In this document: positions 39,082 through 52,420 of the stretch, piece after piece
Layout: each line of letters begins with the position of its first letter
Position numbering within the stretch: position 1 is the stretch's first letter
Source: Tubulanus polymorphus
Taxonomy: Eukaryota > Animalia > Nemertea
Assembly: GCF_964204645.1 (NCBI RefSeq)
Contig: NC_134027.1
Location: 11,316,485 to 11,380,484 of the forward strand
Direction: 5' to 3'
DNA length: 64,000 nucleotides
Made by a program: the position numbers and the translations under genes
Notes under the pieces: generated by a model
What the model saw: the letters and a program-made list of their open reading frames with translations, nothing else
Database searches by the model: none
What the model was told of the DNA's origin: nothing

Positions 39082-39634
39082 AGTCACGATCCCGCGAGCA
39101 TTTTCGGTAGGGCCTTACAAGGCCCGGAACTAATGTTCACATCGGTGCCAAATTTCGACCGACCGAAAATTGTCGGATCAGGCCCAAGCCAAGTGACTCA
39201 CTTCGCTTTGTTTAACCCTTTCAGTGCTCACTAATTAATATCCTATAGTGCTGGAGATAATTTGAAAATTTTGAAAAATTCCACCCTAGTGTGTTGAATA
39301 ACGGGAATACCAGACTATAGTGTGTGTCTACACCACGGCGCGGTGTATCGTTAGTTACTAGTATTTCACTATGTTTAACAGGTGCTGCCATTTTTCAAGA
39401 GAGATAATTACTAATTACTTATCAAATCAATACACGGCAGTGCGGTGTACTAGCAAAATCCATCACTGATTCATACACTGCACTGCAGTGTAGACGCACT
39501 GATAGGGTTAAGTATTGTTTAGTATCGAGTGAGTGGTTTACATATGAACGCGCTCTCTAATAAGGCATGGGCCAAATCTGACGGGGGCTGATCAGGGCCA
39601 TATCGTCCTCTCAATTCTCAGTCTCATTGCGGCT
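39082..39634. mobile_element. Family A MITE split by a family B insertion
   Basis: Consensus CTTCGCTTTGTTTAA|GYATTGTTTAGTATCG is restored by removing 39216-39511. Confidence 0.9.
39216..39507 (-). mobile_element. piggyBac-like MITE (family B), reverse orientation
   Basis: TTAA at 39212-39215 and 39508-39511; reverse complement of 22761-23048. Confidence 0.92.
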
Positions 39635-40359
39635 ATAGTGAGCAGCGAAATACAAGTTAATAAGAACATCTACATAGTCTTTATATTGACGTAGTTTCTA
39701 TATTGAATTTCCATTATGGAAAATCTTAGCAAAAAAAAAAAACAAAAACAAAAAGCAAAGTCCACCACTATCAGGAAAGGTATCGGTTTAAAGATACTTG
39801 AATTGATGATATGTCATCAACCAATTTCGACTGCTATGATCTCGGTCTGAACAATATTCACGAGTTTGCCTGCAAGGATTATCGGATCGTTAATATCCGA
39901 CGATGCCGCCGCACGGTGAGCTTACGCATAGATTTAGTCGGAAATATTCAGTAATAAAAGAACGGAGTCTATTATTGTGAAAGCGAAAAATCAGTTTTGA
40001 TTGAGTACACAGAGAAATCAATTCCACGGCGCGCATAGATTTCGAATCCCCCCTCCCGTCCTCGTCGTCACGTATGTTTTCAATTAGACACACACGCGCG
40101 AAATCGCATTGACTCAGATCGGAATTCGACTTTAAAATCATCAGTCGATAACTAGACGGGGTATCTTTAATAAACGCAAAACGAACTCGTAAAAGCTTCT
40201 CGCGTTGCTTTTTTCTTTAAAACGTATCGATTCGTTTTGTAGTAAAGCAGTTAATTCCATCGTCGAATTCGAGATGCGTCGGTCGATACGTCAATTTACA
40301 AATTGGTTTTCTATATCGGAGCGAATCTTCCCCGATTTTTTTAAAGGCATAATTGCATT

Positions 40360-40820
40360 AGTTACGATCGCACAAGCGTTTTTGGCGCGGAGCCCGACCA
40401 AAAATAACCAAAATCAGGCCCAAGCCAAATTTTGGTTTTAGCACAGGTCGCATGATTGCATTCTAATTGCAACTGGTTCTGGAAGTGACTGACTTTGCTC
40501 TGTTTTAGCATCGTTTAGTATCAGATGAGAGGTTTAAGTGCTTTCTAATTAGACGCACGCCAAATTTAATTTGATCCTTGCAAGGCCGAATTGTGTCCGT
40601 GTCATCACGTGCCAAGTGGGCCTGAAATTTGGCCCGACTTAAGTCGTTGGACAAGGCCCAAGTCAAATTATTGCGTGCAAATTCCAACTGGTTCCACAAG
40701 CGTCTCACTTCTCTTTGTTCAAACATTGTTTAGTATTGAGTTAGGCATGGGCCAAATTTAATTCTGGCCTGATCTGTGCCGATTTGGCCCGGGCGAAATC
40801 ATCTCCGTGTGATCGCGGGT
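40360..40820. mobile_element. Family A, two degraded adjoining copies
   Basis: Internal block repeated twice; ends CCGTGTGATCGCGGGT. Confidence 0.8.
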
Positions 40821-41285
40821 ATGTCAGCATGTGCTTGTCCATAAACCTAGAGCAAAGCCAGCCTTGAATTAATTGTCAGAATTACCGACGAATTGAAATT
40901 CCGTTCAATAAGTAACAAACGTAGCAACGGAGCAGTCAATCTTTGATCATCCGACATTTCCATTAAACAACTACGAAATCCAGGCACGAGCCCCCGCGCG
41001 CGCGTGTCTGTTTAAACATGCAAAGATAGTGAAGAGATTTTTCAGCAGCGGCAGCAGTGAAAGTACAATCGGATCGGATTGTTGTTTGAAGCCGTAAATT
41101 TCTACGAGAGCCGATACGATAAAAATGGTTAACGCGGTAACCATTAAAACCTGACTGATGCTCGATTTTATTATTCACAGCGAGCTCTCGCGGTTTCTCC
41201 TTCGAATCCACGGTTCATAAGTGGCGTGACTGACGAATGTCAATCGTTTCGAATAAACTTTTGACCAAATTTCTAGTACTCGTTC

Positions 41286-41533
41286 GGCCATCATCTCGCG
41301 GCAGGGATTTGAACCTAATGTCATCGAGACTCACCACGGAATGTCATCTTGCCACACTAGACAAAGTGCGCAGCTTCGGTGATGTCACTATCAGCCAATC
41401 AGATATATTTTGTTCTAGCCCGGATTTTTTTGTTTATAGTTTATCCAAACCTATGCACCTGGTCTACTGCCATGGCGTGGCTGAGTCAAGCGATACCATC
41501 AAGTTTAAATCCCTGCCTCCGGGGAAGAATGTC
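41286..41533 (+). mobile_element. Family I MITE (TIRs contain a B-box-like motif), diverged
   Basis: GCAGGGATTTGAACC / AGTTTAAATCCCTGC ends; internal AGCCAATCAGA. Confidence 0.75.
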
Positions 41534-41926
41534 GTCTGGCATGTTTTTCGTTGATATAGGCCTAATCAATAATCTGGAGAAAAGTGCATTCAATTTTAAT
41601 CAAAGTGTAAAAAAAATTGATACGCTGAATATCGAACTCTGTGGATCCTTACTTCCACAATCCACGATGCACTCTAGAAAGAGCCTGTTTCCGAGAATCA
41701 AGCTTTGAAATCAGCTTATCCTATCGTAGAAGTATTTGGAATGTAAGGGGTTAAAACTGATATTTCTTATTAACCCCGAGGAGTTCTCTATTACTTCCCG
41801 ATGTTATAACCAACGCTAACAATCGATTTCTTTACATACATCAACTATTCGCGTTCGATATCCCGGGAATGATTGTTTGAATTTTTGACGGCAAGTTCCA
41901 TATCACTTACGGTTTAGGACGATAAG

Positions 41927-42226
41927 AGCCACTACCACTGGAGACGATTTGGCTCGGGGCAAAATTGGCACGGATCAGTCAAATTTGGCCCGGGCCTAAT
42001 TGGAGAGTGCATTCACACATAAACCACTCACTTGATATTAAACCATGCTCAAACAAAGCGAAGTGAGTCACTTCCGGAACTAGTTGCAATTCACACGCAA
42101 TAATATAACTGGTGCTAAAAATTTGGCTCGGGTCTGGTCCGACGTTTTTGATCGGGCCAAACAGGCTTGTTTGGCACCCATGTTAACAGTTGTTCTGGAC
42201 CAAAAAACGCTCGCCTGATTGTGGCT
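41927..42226. mobile_element. Family A MITE
   Basis: AGCCAC / GTGGCT ends and family motifs. Confidence 0.88.
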
Positions 42227-43469
42227 ATGATTGCCTGAACATGAGAAGATTTCGATTTCAATTCATTCCATAAGAAAGCATGTTATCATAGCATTTACAA
42301 ACAGAACAAAAATAAAATTAAGAAGGCTTTTTTATGAGGGCCAAGCAAAGACCAAAAGGCAAACACCCTTGAAAAGTAAAAAAAGCAGAAAAAGAAAACA
42401 AGAAAAGAATGGAAAAGACGGTGAAAAATATTGAGGATGAAGATAACCTGTGTGTGTGTGTGTATCCACATATAAGCACTGTGTGTGAAACCGGCATACA
42501 AAATTCAGTATTTACTCGCGAAATAATCACCTAAATATCATCTGAAACGTACTTTCGCTTGGAGACTTCCTTCCTGATCAAATAATAATAAAAAGTGTTA
42601 CGACCAACTTTCGCCCCTCGAGACGCGAATCGAATCGGCGCACAACGAACCTCATGGCGAGGCGTTCGCCGGTGTCGTGTTCGTTTCGCGCCGTCGTGCG
42701 AAAGACCCGACAACCCAGCAACAAAACTCATTGTTGTTTTTAACGGTATGTTTTTTTAGCGCAAATTCGTGCGCCTTTACCCGCCGGCAAGGTTTGCGCA
42801 TATGTGAATAATACTTATTGATCAAGCGATATCTAACGGCAAATGATGCTAACGCTAAATCTTCCAGCGCGCGCGACGATTATCTATACGATGCCAAGTG
42901 GCCGCAATTTATTGCGTTTATAGTCGGTATGTCATTACAAAAACTGCCATCTCCTTCGAGGCAAGTGTTTCTTTTTCTATACGTGACTAAGTATGTTTGT
43001 TTTTTCTGAACTTTGAAATGACGGTAAAAAAAAGAAAATAAACCGCGATATCTCCACCCAAATTTTTTTACACTGACTTTTTGAAGGGCACTTTGTGAAA
43101 ATTTAAGGGGGTTCGTTGGCTAAACCCCTCGACATGGGAATTTCCGTTTCCCTCCCTATCTCTCCTCCCCTCCCCCAGCGAAACATGTCAGGCGGAGTGA
43201 GGTATTATCTCTACATTACAAACAAAAATCGACATTAATCATTTGGAAAGAAAAGAGTTTTAATGGCTTCGAGATCACGATAGCCCGGTGAATTTCAACG
43301 ATAAACGATCAATCATCAGAAATTCGGATCATGCCGAGATAAATCACGGTTTGTCGTCCGACGGCGAAGATGCATAGAGTTATATAAGGTTCGAGCTTGT
43401 GTTATCGCAAAAACCACACAAAAAGTATATCGATATTTTAACGAAATAGGCCTATGATAAACTATCGAG

Positions 43470-43860
43470 AATGACGAACTCGAAAGTTTATCGACGCCTT
43501 GGAAAATAACATGAACAATGAATGATATAATACGAATAACACAATACTAAGGAACAATGAAGTTAATATGAATTGAATATATCAATAATTGAATTGAATT
43601 GAACTGACCAGCAACCAGTCTAACCCCAATATTGATGATGTAGCGCACATCCACTCATACGATATTCTTATTCTTATCAAAAATACATGGAAATTCCATG
43701 AAATAGAAAATAAATAGGGTCATGAAATTAAATTGATTACAAAATGAACGTCAATATTGATGATGTAGTGCACATCAGATCACACAGAACCCCTTAAATA
43801 ATGCATAGTATTGTTTTCAATATATCCAAACTTTTTTATAACGGATTTACGGCCTTAACA
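43470..43860 (+). mobile_element. Family E dispersed repeat
   Basis: ATCGACGCCTTGG..., CAATATTGATGATGTAG x2, CACACAGAACCCCTTA. Confidence 0.75.
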
Positions 43861-44520
43861 AATACTTCTGAGGTTGGTTCCATTGTCAAAAGTGATCTCA
43901 AATCCGAAGATTGGTCTTACATTGTTAGATTGGCTATAGAACTAAGTTGGTCTTCTACATGTACTGGTGTTTGGTCTAAGCCCATGACTATGGAACCTGA
44001 TACATTGTTGTTAAAAAGTCGGCTGGCTAGTTCAGTAGATTCAGCGACAGCAAATACCAGCAATATTGCAATATTTCAATATCTAGCGCTCTAGCTGCGT
44101 GACACAAAATCAACACAGCAACCATGTTGATATCGAAAGTGTAATAGAGACAGAGTTGGTCGTGCGCTATATTACAAGGACACAAAACAATTTCTTATTG
44201 TCCAGGGTCACATTCTAATACACAACATAACGAACGGCTATGAATATCTGCCAATCATACAGCTAATCTACCGGAAATCGTTATAGAAATCTTCTAGATT
44301 CGTGGCACCACGCGGTGAGCCTGAGGCTTTTGCCGACCGCGATGTGCACATCTGTAGAAAATAGAAAATGACAGGCATGGATCCAGAAGGGGTTCGAACT
44401 CCCCTTTTTTGACCAAGTTCCCTTTTAAAAATCAAATGTGAAAATTTCCAACTGACGTTGATCTAAGACAAGAGTCCACAGTATTTCTAACAGTCTTAAT
44501 TCTTAGGTGTAGGTGGTCTT

Positions 44521-44832
44521 GGTCATCCTCCCCTCTGCAGGGATTCGAACCTGATGGCATCGAGATTGCCATGGTATGAAACCCTGCCACACAAGACCAA
44601 GTGCGCAGCTCCATGCGCAGCTTAGATGATGTCATTATTAGCCAATCAGAAATCCAGTTTTATTTTAGCCCGGGTTTTCCCATTTATATAGTTCTTCATC
44701 CGTGAAATTTACTTCAGCGATAATACAAGCAATCTGATTGGTGCAAGTTTTCGTGTGGCAAAGCAGGGGTTCATGCCGATGCTGAGTGTAGCGATGCCAT
44801 CAGGTTCGAATCCCTGCTATGGGAGGATGGTC
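44521..44832 (+). mobile_element. Family I MITE, ~310 bp, ~40-bp TIRs containing GGTTCGAATCC
   Basis: CATCCTCCC...GCAGGGATTCGAACCTGATGGCATCG / CGATGCCATCAGGTTCGAATCCCTGC...GGGAGGATG. Confidence 0.85.
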
Positions 44833-44957
44833 TTAGGTGTCACTGCATAGTGACACCCCAGTAATATGCAATAAAAATTGCATAAAAATGTACCTAAATT
44901 TTCAAATTGTGATAATATACCCCAGACCCCCGTAAGAGCATCACGATTGCCAGGACG

Positions 44958-45136
44958 CCCACCACCCGGGTCCGCCACGAGTAAATTACCCTTGTCATAC
45001 GAGGTGAATCCTCCCATTTCTCCAAGCCTGAATGAGCAGCGTTCATCCCACCACCCGGGTCCGCCACGAGTAAATTACCCTTGTCATACGAGGTGAATCC
45101 TCCCATTTCTCCAAGCCTGAATGAGCAGCGTTCATC
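44958..45136 (+). repeat. Perfect 89-bp tandem duplication
   Basis: CCCACCACCCGGGTCCGCCACGAG...GCAGCGTTCATC x2. Confidence 0.95.
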
Positions 45137-46457
45137 GTCGTACTACTTCGAGAAGCGTTCGTTTTTTCCGTCTAAGTAAAAGCTTCGAAACATGATCGGC
45201 GGCGTACTTCGTCTTCACGGCGAAATATGAATTATTGCGAAACGAACGCGTCAACTCCCGACTTCGGCGCGAACGACCAACGGCGACATAGGTATCACAG
45301 CGATCGTTTGACAAGCGATTGACTTAATGGAAACAAATGCGCGCAATCAAACGCGCGAAAAAACTAGCGAAACTCGATTGGACTGATTCCTTACATCGAC
45401 GACGACGAGGCGAATCCTACCGCTGTTAATAAGATTGTCAACGCTAAGATGAAAGATAACTCGCAGTGAAAATGTTAAGCTACGAACAGATCAATTTTCC
45501 GACTGATCAAACAAAATGAGTCGCCCGACAGACAGACGCAGAGCTTTTGTTGACACGGACAGAGGAGCGTCGAAAACGGAATGATTCGATGAAAGTTATT
45601 CGACTGCGCGTTGCTTTTTCTAGACAACGGTCGTTTTCTCTTCGTAAATAAAAACCGATCGAGTCCACGGATGATCTACGAACGTTTAAACTGATTTTCT
45701 TTCCGGCTTGTCAAATCATCGGATTTTTCATTCGCGAAACGTTAAGCGCTGTTTCTGACGTTTAAACGGGTTCAAGAATTCTTATTTTTCCGATTGACGG
45801 GGCGGGGGATCGATACCGCAGAGAGGAACGTTCCGCCAAGAAACTCCGCCATTGCCGGGATTCAAACCCATCAGGGTGGTCACTTTTCGTCCATTTACAA
45901 ATCCTCTGAGTTTTCCGCGTTATTACACAAAATTCCCTGAGTGAATCAGAGAAATTTTCTAGGTTTTAAATTTTATGATTTACTCATCTTTCATTGAATC
46001 CCTTACGTAGTCAATAGCATTATCTGAAATTACCAGGTTTTTTGTAAAATTTGTCAAATTCCAAGTTTTCGCTTATTGTTTCTAGAGTTTTCTAGGCAGC
46101 AAGATTGAAGGCTGAAGCAATTATTCAGCCTATACCAACTGGCCCCGATTGCTTAATTACATAGCAAAGCATTAATCTCATCATACTCAATTCGATATAC
46201 TGAAAAATTATCGCAGACCATTAGATGATGAAACACTAATGGAATGTCCAGGTAAATTCCTCGCGAGCTCAAACAAACAGATGATTGATGAGAGAATGAA
46301 CGCATTAGCTAAAAAAACGACTAATGACTATTTCGGACCGATCATCAAAATCTATCGTTGTTTGGCGATCGTTTAATGTGATTTAACTCATGCATGAACA
46401 CGACATGGATTCACTTATTATCTAATCTAACTGAGACACACATACACACAGCTATTA

Positions 46458-46992
46458 AACAGACGAGCCATAGGCGAAAACGGTTCTGGGGCTCAGGCTC
46501 GAACTCTGAAATTACCTCGCATTAGTTCCCATCACATTTTAGATACGTAAGCGTTAGCTAAATTTTGTCGAGTCAAATTTTCAAATTTCGACCCCGTTTC
46601 TAAGTTATGAGGTCATCTTCAAGGTCATGTTGCTGAATAACAGTTTCTAGTACCTAGTTCTGTCGCTAGGTGGCGCATTGGGTCCATTTTCTGCACTGCA
46701 CATGACTCCCATACTAATATTGTCCCTAAGTTTCATCAAGATCGAAGCTAAGTCGCTGAAGACGGACACACACAGAAGTTAACTTCAAGGTCATGTTGCT
46801 GAAAAACAGTTTTTAGTGACTAGTTCTGTCGCTAGGTGGCGCATTGGGTCCATTCAATGCGCTGCAAAATAAGACTCCCTAACCAATATTGCACCCTAAG
46901 TTTTGACGTTAAGTCGCTGAAGACACACACAGAAACACAGACAGACAGTACGAGAATAAGGGTTTCGTAACAGAAGACCAAGAAACAAAATC
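46458..46992 (+). mobile_element. Family F, Helentron/HINE-like repeat with two internal ~167-bp units
   Basis: CTTCAAGGTCATGTTGCTGAA...GTCGCTAGGTGGCGCATTGGGTCCATT x2, (ACAG)n, GTACGAGAATAAGGGTTTCGTA. Confidence 0.7.
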
Positions 46993-47631
46993 ATAATTTT
47001 CAATACTATAGTGGTATCGAAATTATCTATATAAAGAGCTTTGAAATCCTTTTACGATTTAAAGCACTCTCATATCATTACATCGTCATTTTCACTATAT
47101 GTGATGCGTAGTTCTAGGTACAGCCGCACTTTTTAAACGGGACAGTGATATATACATATATGACGAAGCGAGAAAAACTACTGGGGATATCGGAATTTTA
47201 TCGCTATTAGAGAAATCAGCGGCATTTCAACAAAAAAATCCGGTCCAAATTGACGGAACGCAATTATTTCGATCGGAGCTACGAATTGATAATCCCGCGT
47301 TTCGATTATCGTGTCAGGGTGTCAACGTATCCGCCGTCATAATATTGATATACAATTATCGCGTTTCGCAAACGCACGGCCGGAATTGAAATCAAACGGT
47401 TTTACGACCGATAAAAGTGTATCATGCAGAATCGAGTCGGCTCATTTACAAGGCAATAATCTTCTAAATGCCTACCATTTAGAGCCATTAACGCATTTGC
47501 GACTCATAGGCCATTAATTGCGAATCATCGCGCGCACGGTGTATGCTATCCTTAATTTGCTGCTATTCAATACGCTGAGAATTTTTTGCTATTTGTTGGC
47601 GTGAAATCCGTGTCATCAGCGCCGATCTATA

Positions 47632-47930
47632 AGCCACCATCACACAAGCGTTTTTGGTACCGTGCGAAATTAGGCCTGGAACAACTGTTTACATAGGTGC
47701 CAAAAGGGCCTGTGATTGTTTGGCCCAGGGCATAATTGGCCGGACCAAATTTTAGCACGGGACAAATGATTGTGTTTGAATTGCAACTGGTTCCGGAAAT
47801 AATCTTCTCACTTTGTTTGAGCATTGTTTAGTATCCAGTGAGAAGTTAACCTGTGAACGCGCTCTCTAATTAGTCACAGGCCAAATTTAAAAAATTGGTC
47901 CTGATACTGATCAAATCGTCTCCGTGTGAT
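47632..47930. mobile_element. Family A MITE
   Basis: AGCCACCATCACAC start; CCGTGTGAT end. Confidence 0.88.
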
Positions 47931-48633
47931 TTAGATCTTAGGACAGATGACAAATATCTAAATACCCTATTTTGTGCATAGGAAGTGCCCTTTTCTCTAC
48001 CTCAACCCTTTTTTATATTCCTGGATCCGCCCCTCCGGGTCATTTTAACAAAATCAATTAGAATGTTCCGAGATGATCCGTCGATCAGTCGCGAGGTAGC
48101 AGTTGGCCCGGGAGACACGCCCTCCTCCGGCTACTGCCGAGGTCGAACTTACGCGGGTCAATCGCAACAATCAGTTACGGGTGCCGAGTTCCGCCAAACC
48201 GAATGATTAGTTCGAGGATCACCACGCACGATTTTAATCAAAGGACGCGATAGTTTTATTTCAGTTATCAAGCCGACCACGTCACGCGAGACTCTCCGGC
48301 AAAATCCAATACACGGCCAACTCGATACGAAAACGATGTATTAGCCTTGTGAAATCGCAGCGTTCTATTTTGGTTACCAAGCGATCTGGCGAGATTTGTG
48401 CAAAATCAAGGCCACCGCAATATGAAATAGATGCATTAGCTTTATGAAACTGGAACCATGAGGCGGTTACAATTAATACGCTGTTGTATTTTTTGGCCTT
48501 CACATTGCCACAAAGACACAACGTCTCATTTTTGACCTTACAATCCAGAATGATTAGATAGATCATATTCTCAAAGTTTCATGGAACAAAATGTACATAT
48601 GAGTGGTTTTTGTAGTTTAACTTAATATCTATT

Positions 48634-48948
48634 AGCCACAATCACGCGGGACGATTTGACCCGGAGTCGAATTTGGCCCGTGCCTTATTAGAGAGAGCGC
48701 GTTCGCACTTAAAACCACTCACTCGATACCAAACAAGCTTACACGAAGTAAAGTGAGTTACTTCGGAGGCCAGTTGCAATTAACACGCAATAATTTGACC
48801 CGTGCTAAATTCTAGCTCAGGCCTTGTCCGACGTTTCTGGTGAGGTCAAAAAGGCACACAGGTCAATTTGGCACCCGTGTAAACAGTTGTTCCGGGCCTA
48901 ACTTGGCGATATCTGGCCTGTGCCAAAAATGCTTGCGCCGTTGTGGCT
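48634..48948. mobile_element. Family A MITE
   Basis: AGCCACAA / TTGTGGCT ends. Confidence 0.88.
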
Positions 48949-49350
48949 ATCTAGTGACCTTCAGATTCGTCCGTTCCTACTTCATATGCACGGATAATTA
49001 TGAACGGATTATAGCCGCCGGGACATGTCAATAGTGAACAATCGCGTCCACCCGGCTATATAAGCTAATGCAAGTCGATGTCTGATGTCGTATTATAGTA
49101 ATTATATGGTTTAACCACGTTGACCGTTGCGAGTCCTGTCGTCGCTGCAGCAATAGCCGCACACATAGCGGGAACAATTCAGCCGTGATGTTTATTTGAA
49201 AATTTAATGAACTGTATTCACCAGAGCGCTTTAAAGCGGCATAGGCGGATGGTCCGCTTGAGACACGACGGCAATAGAAAGACATTCGACGGCTTCATCT
49301 TCCGAGACATTACAAAAATTTTCGACACGAAAATTTACCTTACACGAAAG

Positions 49351-49577
49351 CTTTGCCGGACAAAAACTTGCGCCACCAATCAGATTGCTCGTTGTATAAT
49401 CGCCGAGGTAAATTTCAAGGAAGAACTATAAATGGTTAAAACAGGATATCTGATTGGCTGATAATGACATCATCTAAGCTGCGCGTGTAGCTGCGCACTC
49501 GGTCTAGTGTGGCAGGGTTTCGTACCGTGGCAATCTCGATGCCATCAGGTTCGAATCCCTGCCGGGGGAGGATGTTC
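49351..49577 (-). mobile_element. Family I MITE, one end missing
   Basis: Reverse complement of about 44521-44765. Confidence 0.8.
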
Positions 49578-52420
49578 AGATGAGGGACACAGCAGATCAA
49601 GGGACACTTTCATCTAGCTAAGCCGGTATCCGACAGAATCACTGAAAGAATGTACTATTAGTAGCAATCTTTAATGAAACAATGAGAACTCTATGCAAGT
49701 TCAACAACAATTTTCAATCGATATACACGATTGCTTATTGCGTTTACACAATTGCTTATTGCGTATACACGATAGTGCGGTTTAAATGAATTGATTTCAT
49801 GTAAACTACAGCTGTCGACAAGCGTGCTTCTTTCACTTTCAATTCGGCGCAATTTCCCCTTCAAATGTATACATACGCGCGTGAGTTAAAAATTAACCAG
49901 TGAGCAGATCTTGATAACCGAATACACGAATCGTGTCAAAACGAATCGCTATCGCCCGGGGTACGCGCCGGTAAATCATTTTGCGCGCTAGGGGCGACGA
50001 CGTCGCAGCAGCACCAGCTCGAACTATCCCTGTCAATAGCGCGAAAACCCGACCATTTTGTTGCTAGGTAATGCAGATTATAGCAATTTGATAAAACCAT
50101 ATCTCGCATAGCACCGAGACGGTTCCCCGAGGAACGGGCGAATATCGTCGTTAGAATGACAGTTTGTTCTTAGATAGAAATGCGAAAGCCACATCCAGCG
50201 GCCATATAGTGACGATCAGATCTATTTCGCTCAAGTATTAGATTTGTTTATGACAATGATGTAACTATTTTAAGTATAAATAGTATATGTGCCAACGTGC
50301 CAATATTTGAAACAAGGAACATTCATACTTTTTTACGGTGTCATGCATCTCTTTGGGGAAAAGTTACAGCTCAGAAGTCGCAAATACTTAAACGTTCGTG
50401 GGTGGAGAGACGCTACGAGGATTTAGGCAGGTTTTTGTCGGTCTCGTTCCGGAGATCTCTTTTGGCGCGTTCAGTTTCGACCAGAATGCGCTCTACCTAT
50501 TCAGGTATAGCATCATCTGTAAACCAGATAGAAGCGGCCGGTAGAGAGTTGTAATTCGGATAGCTATTCTTTGAGAGCTGAGATAAATTCGATCGAAACC
50601 TGCGTGAGCTCACGACTCCCGGCAATCCAGTCTAGACGTTCTAACCACTCGTCCTTAATTGAAAATGTCTCAAATTAGATATGTGCTTATCGAATATACG
50701 TAACGTCTGTCGTGCATCACCGCAGCATTGACGACAGACAGCGCTTGACGAGAGACACGGCCGAGAAAAATATCTCAACATCGCTCATCACATTGTCGAC
50801 AACCAATTTAGTATTTGTCTTTGGCGAGTGGCTTTCTCGAAAGAAAATAATTGTCACGCCGCCTGAAGGTCTGACAATGCGTAATGAGTCTCAGTCATCG
50901 AACGAGAGATGCTGCTCACTATTTTCGTTCGCAATCGGCTTCTCGATATAACGTCTCTCTCACGATGAAAGATGAAATCAATCGTATCATTATTTATTTC
51001 GATTTATTGCGAAGGAGATATTTACGATTCCACACGCCCGCGTACGCGGCTTACCTGCCGATAAGCTAGACGAGCTACTTAACGTTAGTTACAGGTCGTG
51101 GTTTCCTATGGTAGATTTTCTCCTTCTACAATCTATTAAGGGCATTAAACGATTTGAATAAATCGGCAGCGTGCGTATTCTGTTCTCGCCGACCAAAAGA
51201 ACGAGTTCGTTCGGCGCATAAGATTCTTTATCGTGGCACCAGAGTTATTGTAACCGAGTACCCACTACAGGTAATACGAATATAAACGATCAACCAGCTT
51301 CCGCGATATACGCGAAAACGGTTTCTCCGTCGTCGTAATGTGTCCCCGTAAAACCAGAAACCAAGCAACCATCGACGAACATCAGAGCCTGGCGTCCGAA
51401 GAAAAAAACACTAAATTAAGTCAGTCTTTGGTATCACTAGATCCTCAGTACAACCTTCTTACCGTACCCTTGCCAATGGTTTTTGCCAATATTCTCTGAA
51501 TTGATCGCTTATGATTTTTCAATACAACCCCCTGCAAGTGCATTTAAGCAATCCAAGGCGATAACCACCATCTTTATTCTTTGGCGTTTACTAGTTGGAT
51601 GATTAATGGCTCAATATTGTTATTTGGGATTTAGGAAGTTAAGAACAACTTTTGCACTATAAACGGCCAGTCTGTTGCAGGGTTTTCCCCCTTACTTCGT
51701 AGTGTAAATGATACAATGAACGTTGCTTTTATATAGTAAACTAGCCCATATCACTCCTTGGCTTCGTGCCAAGGTCTGTTTTCAATCCAAATTCGGAGAA
51801 TTGGCATATACCATAGGAAAGGATCTAACACTTGAAGGAAACATGCCCGTCGAGAACCGTGTCAGGATACATTATCTCGGAAAGGCTCGAAAACATTCCG
51901 AGGATATGTTATCATCTTTCGGAAAGGCTCGTCGGTCGGTTAGCTAATGCATCGCTTTCCCCGCATTGTCAGATTGAAAAGTTATGACAACAGATCTATA
52001 TATGCATAATACAAATATATCTACGTGTAATATCTATGATATAAATTCGCCCGCCGTCAACCTTAGCCGACTTTCTGATGTTGGCAGACCACTTAGATGA
52101 CCATTTATAATTCCCCGAAGCCGAGTTAAGCGTTCCCGACCCGATGGGAATAATCCTTTACTTTCGGTAATACCTGGGTGAGAGGATACGATTATTCACG
52201 TCAACAGGTCACCGATAACTCATACGGACACTTTTCGATGCCTCTCGAAGGTGCATTTACGCCGCGCCGCGTCAGACCGGTTTCGAGAGAAGCTATGCGA
52301 CATCATTAGAACGCTCGATACGATCTATCCGAATACGGCTTAAAACGCCTCAACATGATTAGATCGGATTCAGCTCGTTTTTACCATCGCCAGCTAAACA
52401 GGTTCAAGGTTTATCTTCTT

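Noticed and set aside
44780-44832. Possible tRNA gene from GGTTCGAATCCC
   Set aside because: No cloverleaf; the motif is part of a MITE TIR
51460-51720. Possible L1/Tx1 RT remnant (KDGG motif on minus strand)
   Set aside because: A single short motif is not enough support
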